Positions 1-13,045 of a DNA stretch of 64,000 nt are shown here, piece after piece. The stretch comes from Dendrobates tinctorius. Lineage: Eukaryota. A program made the position numbers and the translations under genes. A model generated the notes under the pieces. That model was not told the origin of the DNA. It searched no databases and was given only the letters and a program-made list of their open reading frames with translations. The stretch lies in NCBI RefSeq assembly GCF_039654945.1, contig NW_027361679.1, positions 90,334,001 to 90,398,000 on the forward strand. Reading direction: 5' to 3'. The stretch's first letter is position 1; each line of letters opens with the position of its first letter.

Positions 1-629
1 ATGGCACCTGTCCTGGCTATAGCCCTAATATACTTGTCCCAACCCCAAGGCACAAGTTCTATCCCTAGTGCACATTCGCCTACCCCAATCTTAAAGAGAG
101 TCTGTCAGGTTGAAAATGGTATCTGATACGCAGGCAGGTTGCTATAGAGCAGGAAGAGATGATCAGATTAATATACTTTTCTGTGGGAAAGGCTTCTGTG
201 AAACTTAACAATGTAATAAGAGATCTGTGTGTCCTGCACTGCTGGTTGTAAAATCCGATTCGTGGCATGTAAGGAACAGTGCAGTTTATTCTCTGCGCGT
301 TTCGAAGCACTCTGACTTCATCTCCTGTTTTGATCAAAGTGGGATCCGATTTTCTCAGATGTGGAAAAGATGGTAGAAAATGTCTCCATTCTCTCAGTCT
401 GTGAAATTTGGACTACACTGGGTGCAGAATTATTAGGCAAATGAGTATTATGATCACATCATCCTTTTTATACATGTCCTACTCCAAGCTGTATAGGCTT
501 GAAAGTCAACTGCCAATTATGTAAATCAGGTGACTTGCATCTCTGTAATGAAGAGGGGTGTGGTCTAATGACATAACACCCTATATAAGGTGTGCTTAAT
601 TATTAGGCAACTTCCTTTCCTTTGGCAAA

Positions 630-793
630 ATGGGTCAGAAGAGAGATTTGACGGACTCTGAAAAGTCAAAAATTGTGAGATGTCTTGCAAAGGGATGCAG
701 CAGTCTTGAAATTGCCAAACTTTTGAAGCGTGATCACCGAACAATCAAGCGTTTCATGGCAAATATCCAACAGGGTCGCAAGAAGTGTGTTGA

Positions 794-825
<32 letters not shown>

Positions 826-1664
826 GCAAAATATCTGCCCATGAATTGAGGAAAATCAAGCGTGAGGCTGCCAAGATGCCATTTGCCACCAGTTTTGCCA
901 TATTTCAGAGCTGCAATGTTACTGGAGTATCAAAAAGCACAAGGTGTGCCATACTCAGGGACATGGCCAAGGTAAGGAAGGCTGAAAAACGACCACCTTT
1001 GAACAAGAAACATAAGATAAAACGTCAAGACTGGGCCAAGAAATATCTTAAGACAGATTTTTCTAAGGTTTTATGGACTGATGAAATGAGTGACTCTTGA
1101 AGGGCCAGATGAATGGGCCCGAGGCTGGATCAGTAAAGGGCAGAGAGCTCCACTCCGACTCAGACACCAGCAAGGTGGAGGTGGGGTACTGGTATGGGCT
1201 GGTATCATCGAAGATGAACTTGTGGGACCTTTTCGGGTTGAGGATGGAGTGAAGCTCAACTCTCAGACCTACTGGCAGTTTCTGGAAGACACCTTCTTCA
1301 AGCAGTGGTACAGGAAGAAGTCGGTATCGTTCAAGAAAAACATGATTTTCATGCAGGACAATGCTCCATCACATGCATCCAAATACTCCACAGCGTGGCT
1401 GCCCAGTAAAGGTCTAAAAGAAGAAAAAATAATGACATGGTCCCCTTGTTCACCTGACCTGAACCCCATAGAGAACCTGTGGTCCCTCAAAATGTGAGAT
1501 CTACAGGGAGGGAAAACAGTACACCTCTCGGAACAATTGACTGGGAGGCTGTGGTGGCTGCTGCACGCAATGTTGATCGTAAACAGATCAAACAACTGAC
1601 AGAATCTATGGATGGAAGGCTTTTGAGTGTCATCGTAAAGAAAGGTGGCTATATTGGTCACTGA
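630..1664 (+). pseudogene. Tc1 transposase, frameshifted
   Basis: ORFs 630-1100, 1090-1497 and 1479-1664 carry an HTH-like N-terminus, VLWTDE, MQDNAPSH and WSPCSPDLNPIENLW motifs. Two frameshifts and an A28 run at 795-822. Confidence 0.92.
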
Positions 1665-1892
1665 TTTTTTTTTTTGTTTTTGAATGTCAAATGTTTATTT
1701 CTAAATTTTGTGTTATATTGGTTTACCTAGTGAAAATAAACAAATGAGATGGGTATATATTTGTTTTTTATTAAGTTGCCTAATAAATCTGCACAGTAAT
1801 AGTTACCTGCACACACAGATATCCTCCTAAGATAGCCAAACCAAGAAAAAAAAACCCACTCCAACTTCCAAAAATATTAAGCTTTGATATTT

Positions 1893-2590
1893 CATAGAAT
1901 CATAGAATCGTAGAGTTGGAAGGGACCTCCTGGGCCATCTGGTCCAACCCCCTGCTCAAAGCAGGATTCGCTAAATCATCCCAGTCAGATGTCTGTCCAG
2001 CCTCTGTTTGAAGACTTCCATTGAAGGAGAACTCACCACTTCTCGTGGCAGCCTGTTCCACTCATTGATCACTCTAACTGTCAAAAAGTCTTTCCTTGTG
2101 CAAATGAAAATAAAGTTGATCCTTCTACAATGTGACAGCCCTTTAGATATTTGTAGACAGCTATTAAGTCTCCTCTCAGTCTTCTCTTTTGCAAACTAAA
2201 CATTCCCAAATCCTGCAACCTTTCCTCATAAGACAGGGTTTGTAGACCGGTCACCATTCTGGTCGCTCTTTTCTGAACTTGCTCCAGTTTGTTGATGTCT
2301 TTTTTAAAATGTGGTGCCCAAAACTGGACACAATATTCCAGATGAGGTCTGACCAAAGAGGAGTAGAGGGAAATAATGACTTCACGTGATCTAGACTGGA
2401 TGCTTCTGTTAATACATCCTAGAATTGCATTTGCCTTTTTTGCTGCTGCATCACACTGTTGACTCATATTCAGTCTGTGATCTATTAGTATACCCAAGTC
2501 TTTTTCACATGTGCTGTCACTTAGCCCTATTCCTCCCATTCTATATATGCTTTTTTCATTTTTATTGCCCAGATGTAGTACTTTGCATTT
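1893..2590 (-). mobile_element. CR1 LINE 3' fragment
   Basis: RT C-terminus ([23 protein letters not shown]) on -; (TTCTATGA)n-type tail at the 1893 end; internal deletion near 2090. Confidence 0.9.
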
Positions 2591-2665
2591 GAGTCTTTTG
2601 GGTTGATTGAGAACGTAGTTGTTGTTTAATAATAAAAACAATCCTCTCAAATACAACTTGCCTAA

Positions 2666-3576
2666 GGCTGGGTTCACACGTAGCGGAACTCTCGCGGAAA
2701 TTGCCGCGAGAATTCCGGAATTCCATTCCGCGGGAAAAATCACATTTTAAATTCCCACGATTTTCCCGCGGAAAAACTAGCATTTTGCAAGCGTAATTAG
2801 CTTGCAAAATTGCTAGCGTTTTCCAAGCGATCTGGAGCATCGCTTGGAGAACTGATTGACAGGTTGGTCACACTCGTCAAACATAGTGTTTGACGAGTGT
2901 GACCAACTTTTTACTATTGAGGCCGTCTATGCGGCATCAATAGTAAAAGAATGTAAAAAATAATAAAAAAATATTGTTATTCTCACCTTCCAACGTCCCG
3001 CGCAGCCTTCCCGCCCCTCTCCACGCTCCTGGTCCCAGTAATCCTTTGTGACAATTACCGCGATGTCGTCTGTTCTCGCGGTTATTCGCGATGACCTCAC
3101 GCAAATGACTGCGAGACTTCGGGATCCCGCGAGAACGGACGTCATCACTCGCAAAGGCTTACTGGGACCGGGAGCATGGAGAGAGGCGGGAAGGCTGCGC
3201 GGGACGTCGGAAAGTGAGAATAGCAATATTTTTTATTTTAAATTCTGTCTTTTACAGGGATATGGTACCCAAAGCCCGGAGGACAGTCTCCTCCGGACCG
3301 TGGGTACCATCCGCAAATGTTCTGCTTACTTTTTGCATGGTGTGCACAGCCACATGCGGAAAGTAAGCAGAACAATGCATTCCTATGGGTGCGGGATCGC
3401 CGCGATTCCGCAAAATTAATGAGCATGCTGCGTTTTTTTACCGCAAAGAGATTCCGCTGCGGTAAAAACCGCAGCATTAGCACAGCATTGCGGAATCCCA
3501 TAGGAATGCATGGGATGCTTATTTTTTGCGTTTTCGCCGCAGAAACGCGAAAAAAACGCCACGTGTGAACTCAGCC
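2666..3576. mobile_element. PIF/Harbinger-type MITE
   Basis: TIRs GGCTGGGTTCACACGT / ACGTGTGAACTCAGCC; TAA target duplication at 2663-2665 and 3577-3579. Confidence 0.88.
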
Positions 3577-3863
3577 TAATAATTCTGCACACAGTGTACA
3601 CTCAAATGTCATCCGAGTGCAGTCCAATGTTTTCCACTGAATCATTGACTTGAGTGGCCGAGTGCAATCCGAATGTTGGATAAAACTCAGGCTTGCTGCA
3701 ATTTTTTTCCTTGGACAGTCTGTCCGAAGAAAAAAATCGCACACGTACAAGTCCCCATAGTATGAGTGCGATCTAATGTTTTGTTGGGTCACACTCTGAC
3801 TGAAAGTATGGGTGTGTACACAAGTTCTAAGGGTGTAAATGAACTTTCTTTTCTCTTCTTAAG

Positions 3864-3914
3864 GCAATTGTAAGAGGCGACCTTGATGTTCTCAAGGACT
3901 GGTGCTACGAAGCG
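3864..3914 (+). CDS. TIMM44: TIMM44 coding exon (AIVRGDLDVLKDWCYEA)
   Basis: Polypyrimidine tract plus AG at 3862-3863; GTGAGT donor at 3915; 51 nt, phase 0; peptide matches the Tim44 domain as I recall it (human AMISGELDILKDWCYEA). Confidence 0.95.
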
Positions 3915-4212
3915 GTGAGTTTGCATTTCTTTAGTTATCTTCCCATACAATTCATGTTTTATTTTTTTTATTCAGCTACATTTTTATTTATGATAACAAT
4001 TACATCATATACATGACATCAAGCAATTGTTCACATATAAACATGTTTTTATAAACAAAAACAAAACTCCTCCCTCCCTTTTCCCCCCCCTATCCCCCCT
4101 CCGAGATCCCTTCAGTGCCTTCCCCGTTCCTCGTCCAGTACTCTTTCCAACATCCATATATAGTTATGTAATGTGAATATCTTCCATATCCCAATACGTC
4201 CCTCCCACCCCT

Positions 4213-7200
4213 CTAACTCCATTCTACCCATGGCTGCCATATCTTGTGAAACACCTCAAGTTTATTTCTCTTAGTGTAAATACTTTTTTCCAATGAAATT
4301 ATATGCTCTGCCTGCGCAAGAAAGTCCCGTCTAGTCGGAGGCTCCTCTCTGATCCAAAACCGGGCAATCAATTTCCTTGCTATGAACAACAGTCTAGCAA
4401 TCGCCAGTTTGACCATAGCCGCCGCTGCCAATTCTTCCACAAAGCCTAAAATACAGATCAAAGGGTCCCTGGGGATTACACATTTATATATCCATTCGAT
4501 CCGATTCAGTACAACTGTCCAGTATGTAGACAATCTAGGGCAACACCACAACGTGCATCATATCTAGCAAACAAAATTTCAAGGGCAGTGAACATATAAT
4601 TATAGGTGGCCCTGACCCATGATGACCACCCCATAACATGCACTAGCTGTGGAAAAACTCCCAATACTTTGTATACAAAAACACATGGAGTAAAGACATC
4701 CACCAAGGATAATATAAAAAATAGTTTTATTCTGAAAAGTTAATAATATAGACAATGAAGTACATAAAGACGGGTCACATAATAAAAGAGCTCCATATGA
4801 TAAGGAATTCAGGTACAGAAAAAACACACATGTAGCAATACTAACAGCAATGGAATGTGTATAATGGATATGCAGAGATAAGTAAAGTGCCAGTGCTTAA
4901 AGTCTTTCTTTCAGATATCCAGAGAATCCCACAAGGTGACCCCCTCACAGTAATAAACCATCACAACATAATAGCTCAAAATCTTAGTCTGGAGGCCACA
5001 TAATGAAAAACCTGTTCAAAACCGCTTACCCATAGCTGATTAGTATGCCACACGTGTAGCCCCTACGCGCGTTGCGCGGGATGTGCATCATATCTGCCCG
5101 CTCCTGCGAACACCGTGGACAATCGGAATCAGACCTCAAACCCATCTTGAACAATCTATCAGGAGTTCTGTAAGCTCTATGAATTACGTACAGCTGAGAC
5201 ATCCTCCCAGGTTCGCTCATAGAAATCTTAGGCACATATTCTAAAATAGATTCCCATCTATCATCACTTATTTCTCCCAATTCAGCCTCCCATTTCACTC
5301 TAGCCTTGATGGGATGACTGACTAGAAATGTAAATAATAAATCTCTATACACTTCTGAGACTGCCCCCTTTGTCTCGCTGTTCCCCAAAATGGAGGCCAG
5401 CGTGACATCAATCTGGACCTCAACAGGCCTCCTCCGACATTGCGACCGATACGCATGCTGAATTCTTTTATAATGATACATATTTGAGTGTGGAAGCTGG
5501 AACTCTGATTGTAGCTCCATGAATGATTTAAGTCTCCCCTGACCCACAAGCTGACCCATCCGTCTGATTCCTGCCTCTCTCCAAAGCCCAAATCCCTCCA
5601 TTCGCTGGAATTCTTGTAAATTTATGTTATCCCACACTGGAGAGTATTTAGTAAGGCCCGTGACACCCCTAATCTGTTTAACTTTCTCCCATACCTTATG
5701 AATAAGGAGAACCGTAGGAAACCTAGAGCCAAATTTTAAAAACTGCCCCCCTTTCAGGCTCTCTCCCAAAGGCCATTTCCCAAACAGCTTTCTCAAACTA
5801 CTGGGCGATTGTTCCTGTCCCGTCTCCTCCCCCCATCCTCCCATATGTTGACATTGTGCTGCTAAAAAATATACCCAGGGATTAGGAAGCGCCACCCCCC
5901 CGTCCTCTTTCGGCCTCTGCAACGTTTCTTGTTTAAACCGTGGGCTTCCCCCCCCCCCCCCATATTAGGTCGCCGAACAGCGATTTAATTTTACAGAACC
6001 TACTCTGTGGGATCCAAATTGGAGAATTATGCAGTACATACAGCAGCTGCGGCATCGCAATCATTTTTAAAAGATTTACCCTTCCAATCACCGAAAGATG
6101 TAATTTATTCCACGCCGAGATCTTGGAAAAAACTTTTTGTAGCAGAGGGCTTAAATTAAGTTCTTCAAAACTACTCAAAGGGAGGGTGATCTGTATCCCC
6201 AGATATTTAAATCTCGAAACTACTCTCAATTTCGGTGATATTCCAACCTCCCCAATATCTCCATCTACTGTATCAATGGGCATGATGCACGATTTATCCC
6301 AGTTAATTTTGAGTCCAGAAAATTCTCCGAATTCCTCAATTAATGCCATCGCATTATCCAAGTTCTCCCCCGAGTCCCCCAGGTATAGCAGAATATCATC
6401 AGCGTACAGAGACACCTTCTCCTCCTTCCTTCCATAAACAAATCCCTTTATCTCCTGTGAATCCCTTATTTTAATAGCTAGGGGTTCCACGGCCAGGGCA
6501 AACAGCAACGGAGATAATGGGCATCCCTGTCTCGTACCCCTATGTAGTGAGAAACTATCAGATAATTTATTGTTTACTCTGATTTTTGCCGTCGGAGAGG
6601 AATACAGCAACCCCACCCAAGACATAAACCTAGGCCCGAACCCAAAGCCCAACAGGACCGACCACAAGTACTTCCATTCTACACAGTCAAAAGCCTTATG
6701 GGCATCCAAAGACACTACCACTCTTTTTCCAGCATTATCGGCCGGAATTTGCATATTTAAATATAATCTTCTTAGATTGATTGCTGTAGATTTATTGGGC
6801 ATAAAACCCGATTGATCTGGGTGAATTATTTTAGCCACCACACGGGTCAACCTGTTGGCCAAGGCCTTTGCCAATATCTTAATATCTGTCGTAAGAAGTG
6901 AAATCGGTCTGTAGGACTCCGGATCCAAAGGGTCTCTATCGGCTTTAGGAATGACCACAACAATGGCCTGTCTCATAGAAGTAGGCAGCTGTCCCCTCTC
7001 CAACGACTCATCAAATACCTTCACCAATTTAGTTATTACTTCTTCATTTAGTATTTTATAGACCTCCGTTGGAATACCATCTACCCCCGGGGCCTTATTA
7101 CCCGCCATGTCCGCCAATGCCATCCTCAACTCCTCTGCCGTAAGCGGCCTATCCATCCACTCTCTATCTTCATCCCCCAATCTAGGAAGCTCAATCGTTC

Positions 7201-8495
7201 CCAAATAACTGTCCATCTCCTCTTGACCTTTATGTGTCTTTGAGGAGTATAACTCACTGTAAAACTGTTTAAATACTTCCAAAATTTGATCCCCCTGTGA
7301 AACCACGGTACCTTCCTTATTTTTAATTGCATATACATGGGAAGATTCCCGTTGTGCCGACGCCACCACTGAGAGCAGGTGCCCCACTTTTTCACCCTCC
7401 GCGTAGAATGCCTCATTCCGAAACGCCCGCCGTCTCTCCGCCTTACGGATATGAAGTTTATTAACTTCCAATTGGGCCACTTTCATGCGGGTCTGCGTAT
7501 CTGTATTACACTGCGCACCCAATGCCTCCTCCGCTGCCCTTAGTTCCTCCATCACTGCTTTGTCTTAATTTTGAGACTTAGTCTTATATCGAGATACTTC
7601 TCTGAATAAAATCCCTCTCAAAAAGGCCTTCATAGTATCCCAGACTATATGGCCCTCAGCACTGCCTTCATTTATCCTAAAAAATTCTCCCAATTCTTCT
7701 CCCACCTTTCCCATATCCAGCAACCATAACCAAAAGGGGTGAATTTTCCATCCCATTCCTGTCAACCTCCCTTGCCCTCCCAATTGTAGAGACACCTCCA
7801 GTGGACAATGATCCGATAGGACTCTGGGCAGATATTCCACTTCCTGTACCAAGTCATCCATTCCCTCATTTCCTAAAGCCACATCAATACGAGATAAAGA
7901 TCCGTATGTCGCCGAATAACATGAATAAGTATATTTCTCCATATTCCGAACTCTCCACAAATCTATCCAACCAATCTCCCTCATGTAGTTTCCAAAAGGT
8001 GTCACCTTCCCCCCCTTCCCACCCCCCCGTATGTTTACCTTTATCCCAATGATCATTTGCAATATTATTTACATCACCGATTACAAGCAGCGGGACTCCC
8101 ATCCATTTCCCAGATAAGTCCAGAATTTCCTGTATCTTTTTTCTAGAGAATGGTGGAGGGATATACAAGGACACAATACATAATAATCTATTCAAAATTC
8201 TGCATACAATAAACACGTATTGCCCGTCCCTATCTATTATAGCCTCCACTTCTTCGTATGGAGTAGAATTGTGGATTAACACAGACACTCCCCTTGCATA
8301 GGCCGAATACGTCGAGTGATAAGCCTTCCTCACCCATCTTTTTTGTAGCATTGCGACTTTATCCTCTACCAAGTGTGTCTCTTGGAGGCAAATCACTGAG
8401 GGCCTCAGCTTCAGATATTGTAAAATTGCAACCCGTTTTGAAGCATTAGCGAGACCCCTAACGTTCCAGCTTAGAATCTTAATTCTATCCCCCAT
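4213..8495 (-). pseudogene. LINE ORF2 (endonuclease + reverse transcriptase), disrupted
   Basis: Motifs ILSWNVRGL, CLQETHL, SRIDVAL, LSDHCP, YRPISLL, GTRQGCPLSP, LYADD, CPRC spread over five ORF pieces. Confidence 0.92.
4566..5082. mobile_element. Unclassified 517-bp insertion in L1 ORF2 (possibly Penelope-derived)
   Basis: Flanked by the 13-bp direct repeat GTGCATCATATCT (4553-4565, 5083-5095); splits the ORF2 C-terminus; A-rich, non-coding. Confidence 0.7.
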
Positions 8496-9870
8496 AATAT
8501 GTTGCAATCCCAAACATTAGACACGTTATAGGTAGAATCTCGATCCTCCCCCCCCCATCCCTCCCCCCCACCACTACCCCCTTTCTCAACTTCCCAACTG
8601 GAATAAACCCCCCTCCCAAAAAATTAGTTGTCTCCCACAGCCTTTAAGCTGATAAGAATTCTCTCTCCCTCTCTATTTGAGAACCAGTAGGGCGTTTTAA
8701 CAGCCTAACGATACAAGCTCTGTATTCCAACTACCCTCCCGTCCACATTACAATTCATGTTTTATAGAAGTGAATGTTCCCCAATTCACTGTGGTGTGCA
8801 TGTCTGGCATTAGTCAGTGCGTTACATAAGTAATAGAATCATGAAGGAGATATATACGTTATTATTATTTATTAGCGGCAGTGTTTCGGCTCCATAATAG
8901 AACCTCTTTTGAGAAAGCTGGAACTGAAACGTTGCCACATGGGCTAATAAAGTCTTTGACTTTGTTCACATCATTAAGAGTGCTGTTTATTTTTCTATCT
9001 ATATTATATTGGACTAAAAGGGTAAATGTCCAAAAAGCTACCCGTATTACAGTATTTTTGGCACAGCTTCGCTCTATTTTTCTGTGTGTACGTGTTTAAT
9101 GTGTGAATATTGGCCTAATTGCATGCATGTATACATGCCAGAAGATCTCTTTTCCATAAATGTGTTACTGCTTAACAGTATGCAGTGTACAGGACACCCC
9201 TTAAAAACCATGTTTCTTATGACTTTCCACTCTTTTGTTTTTATAGAATAAAATTAATTTCTATTTTTCTTAAGGGATGCCAATTTAAATGGCAACTGCG
9301 GCATTGATGATGGTTGACACCAGGAAGGGCTTGCCTCTGCCCCACAGATCCTTAGGCTGTCGATAACTACGGTAGATGGAGGCTCCAGCAAACTTAATAA
9401 ATTTTAATTTAAAAGAAAAGGTCTTTTGGAAAGAGATAATGAAAAAGACAGAAAAAAGATTGTCTCCTAAGGCCCAAAACACATCTAGTATTAGTGGTTA
9501 AAAATATCCTTTTCCTGGTCCCACAACTGCCCTGCAAACCTGTGTTTCTATAATAACAGTATACACTAGTTATTCGGACCCTGCAGTACTACTTTTCATC
9601 TGTTACCTTCATTTTACAAATATATATTTAGTAAATTAGTAAGAACTAGTGGACAGATGGATATCAATATGACTGCAGGGTCAGGCTGTCTCCTGGACCT
9701 TTATCCTGGAATGTCTTTATCTTTTATTGGGGAAAGTTGGCTAAGTAGTAAGGGATTTGTCTTCCCATAAGCTATGACAACCGTCAAGCCATCAAGTTCA
9801 ACCTCTCCTACTTCCACATCCATCTGGCCGAATTTGCATCAAAAATTTTTCTTTTTCTTTCCAAACTTAA

Positions 9871-10146
9871 AGGGACTTCAGACTGTCAAATTGTGACAGC
9901 GTGCATTACACGGTCTTGATTCTCCATTATTACTGTTGCGAGCAGGTGGTCACCTAACTGGATGTATATAATTTGCATTCTTGCGGTCATGTGCTCATGA
10001 GAAGCGTTTGGAATCTCTCAGTATAATGAATCGAGAGAAGCCAAAGGAGTTTAGACAGCACGTGACTTCTCTCACCTGGAATACTGGAGAATCGTAATAG
10101 CATGCTCAGTGACTACAGATTCCTTTCTCAATCATGGACAGTCCCT
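9871..10146. mobile_element. Kolobok/T2-type MITE
   Basis: TTAA|AGGGAC ... GTCCCT|TTAA termini. Confidence 0.65.
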
Positions 10147-11005
10147 TTAACCCCTTTCTGATATGAGACGTACTATCCCGCCCACGGTACCCGAGCCCCT
10201 ATGACCGCGGACGGTATAGTATATCTAAGCGATCAGTGGGGGGGGGGGGGGGCCACTGATCGCGGCCGGGTGTCAGCTGACACCCGGCACTATGTGTCAG
10301 GGGCGGTCGCGGACCGCCCCCGGCACGTTAACCCCTGGCACACTGCGATCAAACATGATCGTAGTGTACCAGGGGATTAGGGAAGCATCGGCAGGGAGGG
10401 GGGCTCCCTCCGTGCTTCCCTGAGACCCCCGGAGCAGCGCGGTGCGCTGCGTTGCTCTGGGGGCCTCCTTCCCTGCAGGCCCCCGGATACAAGATGGCCG
10501 CGGGGGCCTGCATGGAGGCGGCTTCCTCGGTGCCTGCGAAGAGCGCCAAAACATGAAAAAAGACATAAATGAGGTATCACTGTAATCGTACTGACCTGAG
10601 GTATCACTGTAATCGTATTGACCCGAAGAATAAAACCGCTTTATCAATTTTACCACACGCGGAACGGTGTAAACGCACCGCCCAAAAGAAATTCATGAAA
10701 TGCTGGTTTTTGTTCAATCTGCGTTCCAAAAATCGGAATAAAAAGAAAAAGTCACGTGCCCGAAAATGGTACCAATAAAAATGTCAACTCGTCCCGCAAA
10801 AAATAAGACCTCACATGACTCGGTGGGTCAAAATATGGAAAAATTATAGCTCTCAAAATGTGGTGATGCAAAAACTATTTTTGCAATAAAAAGTGTCTTT
10901 TAGCGTGTGACAGCTGCAAAACATAAAAACCCGCCATAAATAGTAAATCAAAGCCCCCTTTATCACCCCCTTAGTTATGGAAAAAAAAAAAAGTATTCAT
11001 TTCCG

Positions 11006-11080
11006 TTAGGGTTAGGGTTAGGGCTAGGGTTAGGGCTGATATTAGGGTTAGGGGTGTGTTGGGGTTAGGGCTGGAGTTAG
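11006..11080 (+). repeat. Degenerate (TTAGGG)n tract inside the piggyBac-like element
   Basis: TTAGGGGTTAGGGTTAGGGCTAGGGTTAGGG... Confidence 0.85.
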
Positions 11081-12919
11081 AATTGGGAGGTTTCCACTGT
11101 TTGGGCACATCAGGTGCTCTCCAAATGCAACATGGCGTCTGATCTCAATTCCAGCCAATTCTGCATTGAAAAACTCAAACGGTGCTCCTTTCCTTCCAAG
11201 CTCTGCCATGCGCCCAAACAGTGGTTTACCCCCACATATGGGGTATCGGTCTACTCAGGACAAATTGCACAACAACTTTTGGGGTCCAGTTTCTCCTGTT
11301 ACCCTTGGGAAAATAAAAAAAAATGGGGACTAAAAGATCATGTTTGTGGAAAAAAGATTTTTTTTTATTTTCATGCCCAGGCGTTATAAAATTCTGTGAA
11401 GCACTTGGGGGTTCAAAGTGCTCATCACACATCTAGATAAGTTCCTTGGGGGGTCTAGTTTCCAAAATGGGGTGATTTGTGGGTGATTTCCACAGTTTAG
11501 GCACATCAGGGGCTCTCCAAAGGCAACATGACACCCACAGACCATTCCATCAAAGTCTGTATTCCAAAACGTCACTACTTCTCTTCCGAGCCCCGATGTG
11601 TGCCCATACAGTAGTTTTCTCCCACATATGGGATATCGGCGTACTCAGGACAAATTGGACAGCAACTTTTGGGGTCCAATTTCTCCTCTTACCCTTGGGA
11701 AAATAAAAAAAAAATTGGGGACTAAAAGATCATGTTTGTCAAAAAAATATCATTTTTTTTATTTTCGCGCCCGGGCGTTATAAACTTCTGTGAAGCACTT
11801 GGGGGTTCAAAGTGCTCACCACACATCTAGATAAGTTCCTTTGGGGGGGGGGGTCTAGTTTCCAAAATGGTGTCAGTTGTGGGGGGTTTCCACTGCTTAG
11901 GCACATCAGGGGCATGGCGTCCGGTCTCCATTCCAGCCAAAAAAGTCAAATGGCGCTGCTTCCCTTCCGAGCTCTGCCATGCCCCCAAATAGTGGTTTAC
12001 TCCCACATATTGGGTATCAGCGTACTCAGGACAAATTGCACAATAAATTTTGGGGTATTGTTACCCTTGGGAAAATAAAAATTGGGAATGAAAAGATAAT
12101 TTTTGTGGAAATAATATTATTTTTTATTTGTATGGCTGTACGTTATAAACTCCTGTGAAGTCCTTGGGGGTTCAAAGTTCTCACCACATATCTACATAAG
12201 TTCCTTGGGGGGGGGTCTAGTGGGGGGGGGTTTCCACTGTTTAGGCACATCAGGGGCTCTCCAAACGTGACATGGCCTCCGATCTGAATTCCAGCCAATT
12301 TTGCAGTGAAAAAGTCAAACGGCGCTCCTTCCCTTCTGAGCTCTGCCATGTGCCGAAACAGTGGTCCCCCCCCCCCACATATCAGGTATCAGCGTACTTG
12401 GGACAAATTGCACAATAACTTTTGCAGTCCAATTTCTCCTGTTACCCTTGGTAAAATAAAAAAATTGGACCTGAAGTAATTTTTTTGTGAAAAAAAGTTA
12501 AATGTTCATTTTTTTTTTTTAATCATTAAAACATTCCTGTGAAGCATCTGAAGGGTTAATAAACTTCTTGAATGTGGTTTTGAGCACCTTAAGGGGTGCA
12601 GTTTTTAGAATGGTGTCACTTTTGGGTATTTTCTATCATATAGACCCCTCAAATTGACTTCAAATGTGATGTGGTCCGTAAAAATAAAATGGTGTTGCAA
12701 AAATGTGAAATCGCTGGTCAACTTTTAACCCTTATAACTTCCTAACAAAAAAAAATTTGGTTCCAAAATTGCGCTGATGTAAAGTAAACATATATGAAAT
12801 GTTACTTATTAAGTTTTTTGTGTGCCATATCTCTGTGATTTAAGGGCATAAAAATTCAAAGTTGGAAAATTGCAAAATTTTCAAAAGTTTCGCTAAATTT
12901 CCATTTTTTTTCACAAGTA

Positions 12920-13045
12920 AACATAGTAACATAGTTATTAAGGTTGAAGGAAGACTTTAAGTCCATCTAGTTCAACCCATATCCTATCCTAACTTGCCCT
13001 AACATGTTGATCCAGAGGAAGGCAAAAAAAAAAAAACCCATGTGG
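12920..13045 (-). mobile_element. Short CR1-type 3' end fragment (second subfamily)
   Basis: ACATAGTAACATAG tandem tail followed by GTCCATCTAGTTCAACCC; absent from the homologous position of 45410-47685. Confidence 0.6.

Larger units (their letters stand above)
416..3596 (+). mobile_element. Tc1-family DNA transposon (IR/DR type), interrupted by a CR1 fragment and a Harbinger MITE
   Basis: Left end TA|CACTGGGTGCAGAATTATTAGGCAA (416). Right end TTGCC[TAA-MITE-TAA]TAATTCTGCACACAGTG|TA (3596). Inner copies of the terminal motif near 599-611 and 1776-1797. Encloses a transposase. Confidence 0.9.
3963..8748 (-). mobile_element. L1/Tx1-clade LINE, 5'-truncated (ORF2 region only)
   Basis: 17-bp target duplication TACAATTCATGTTTTAT at 3946-3962 and 8749-8765; A-rich 3' end at 3963; APE plus RT plus C-terminal Cys region. 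Confidence 0.92.

Noticed and set aside
1-413. Upstream TIMM44 exon ending in NVLE
   Set aside because: No matching translation found; it probably lies before the window.
795-822. Poly-lysine tract in the Tc1 transposase as a special NLS
   Set aside because: A28 homopolymer expansion in a frameshifted copy; length is error-prone.
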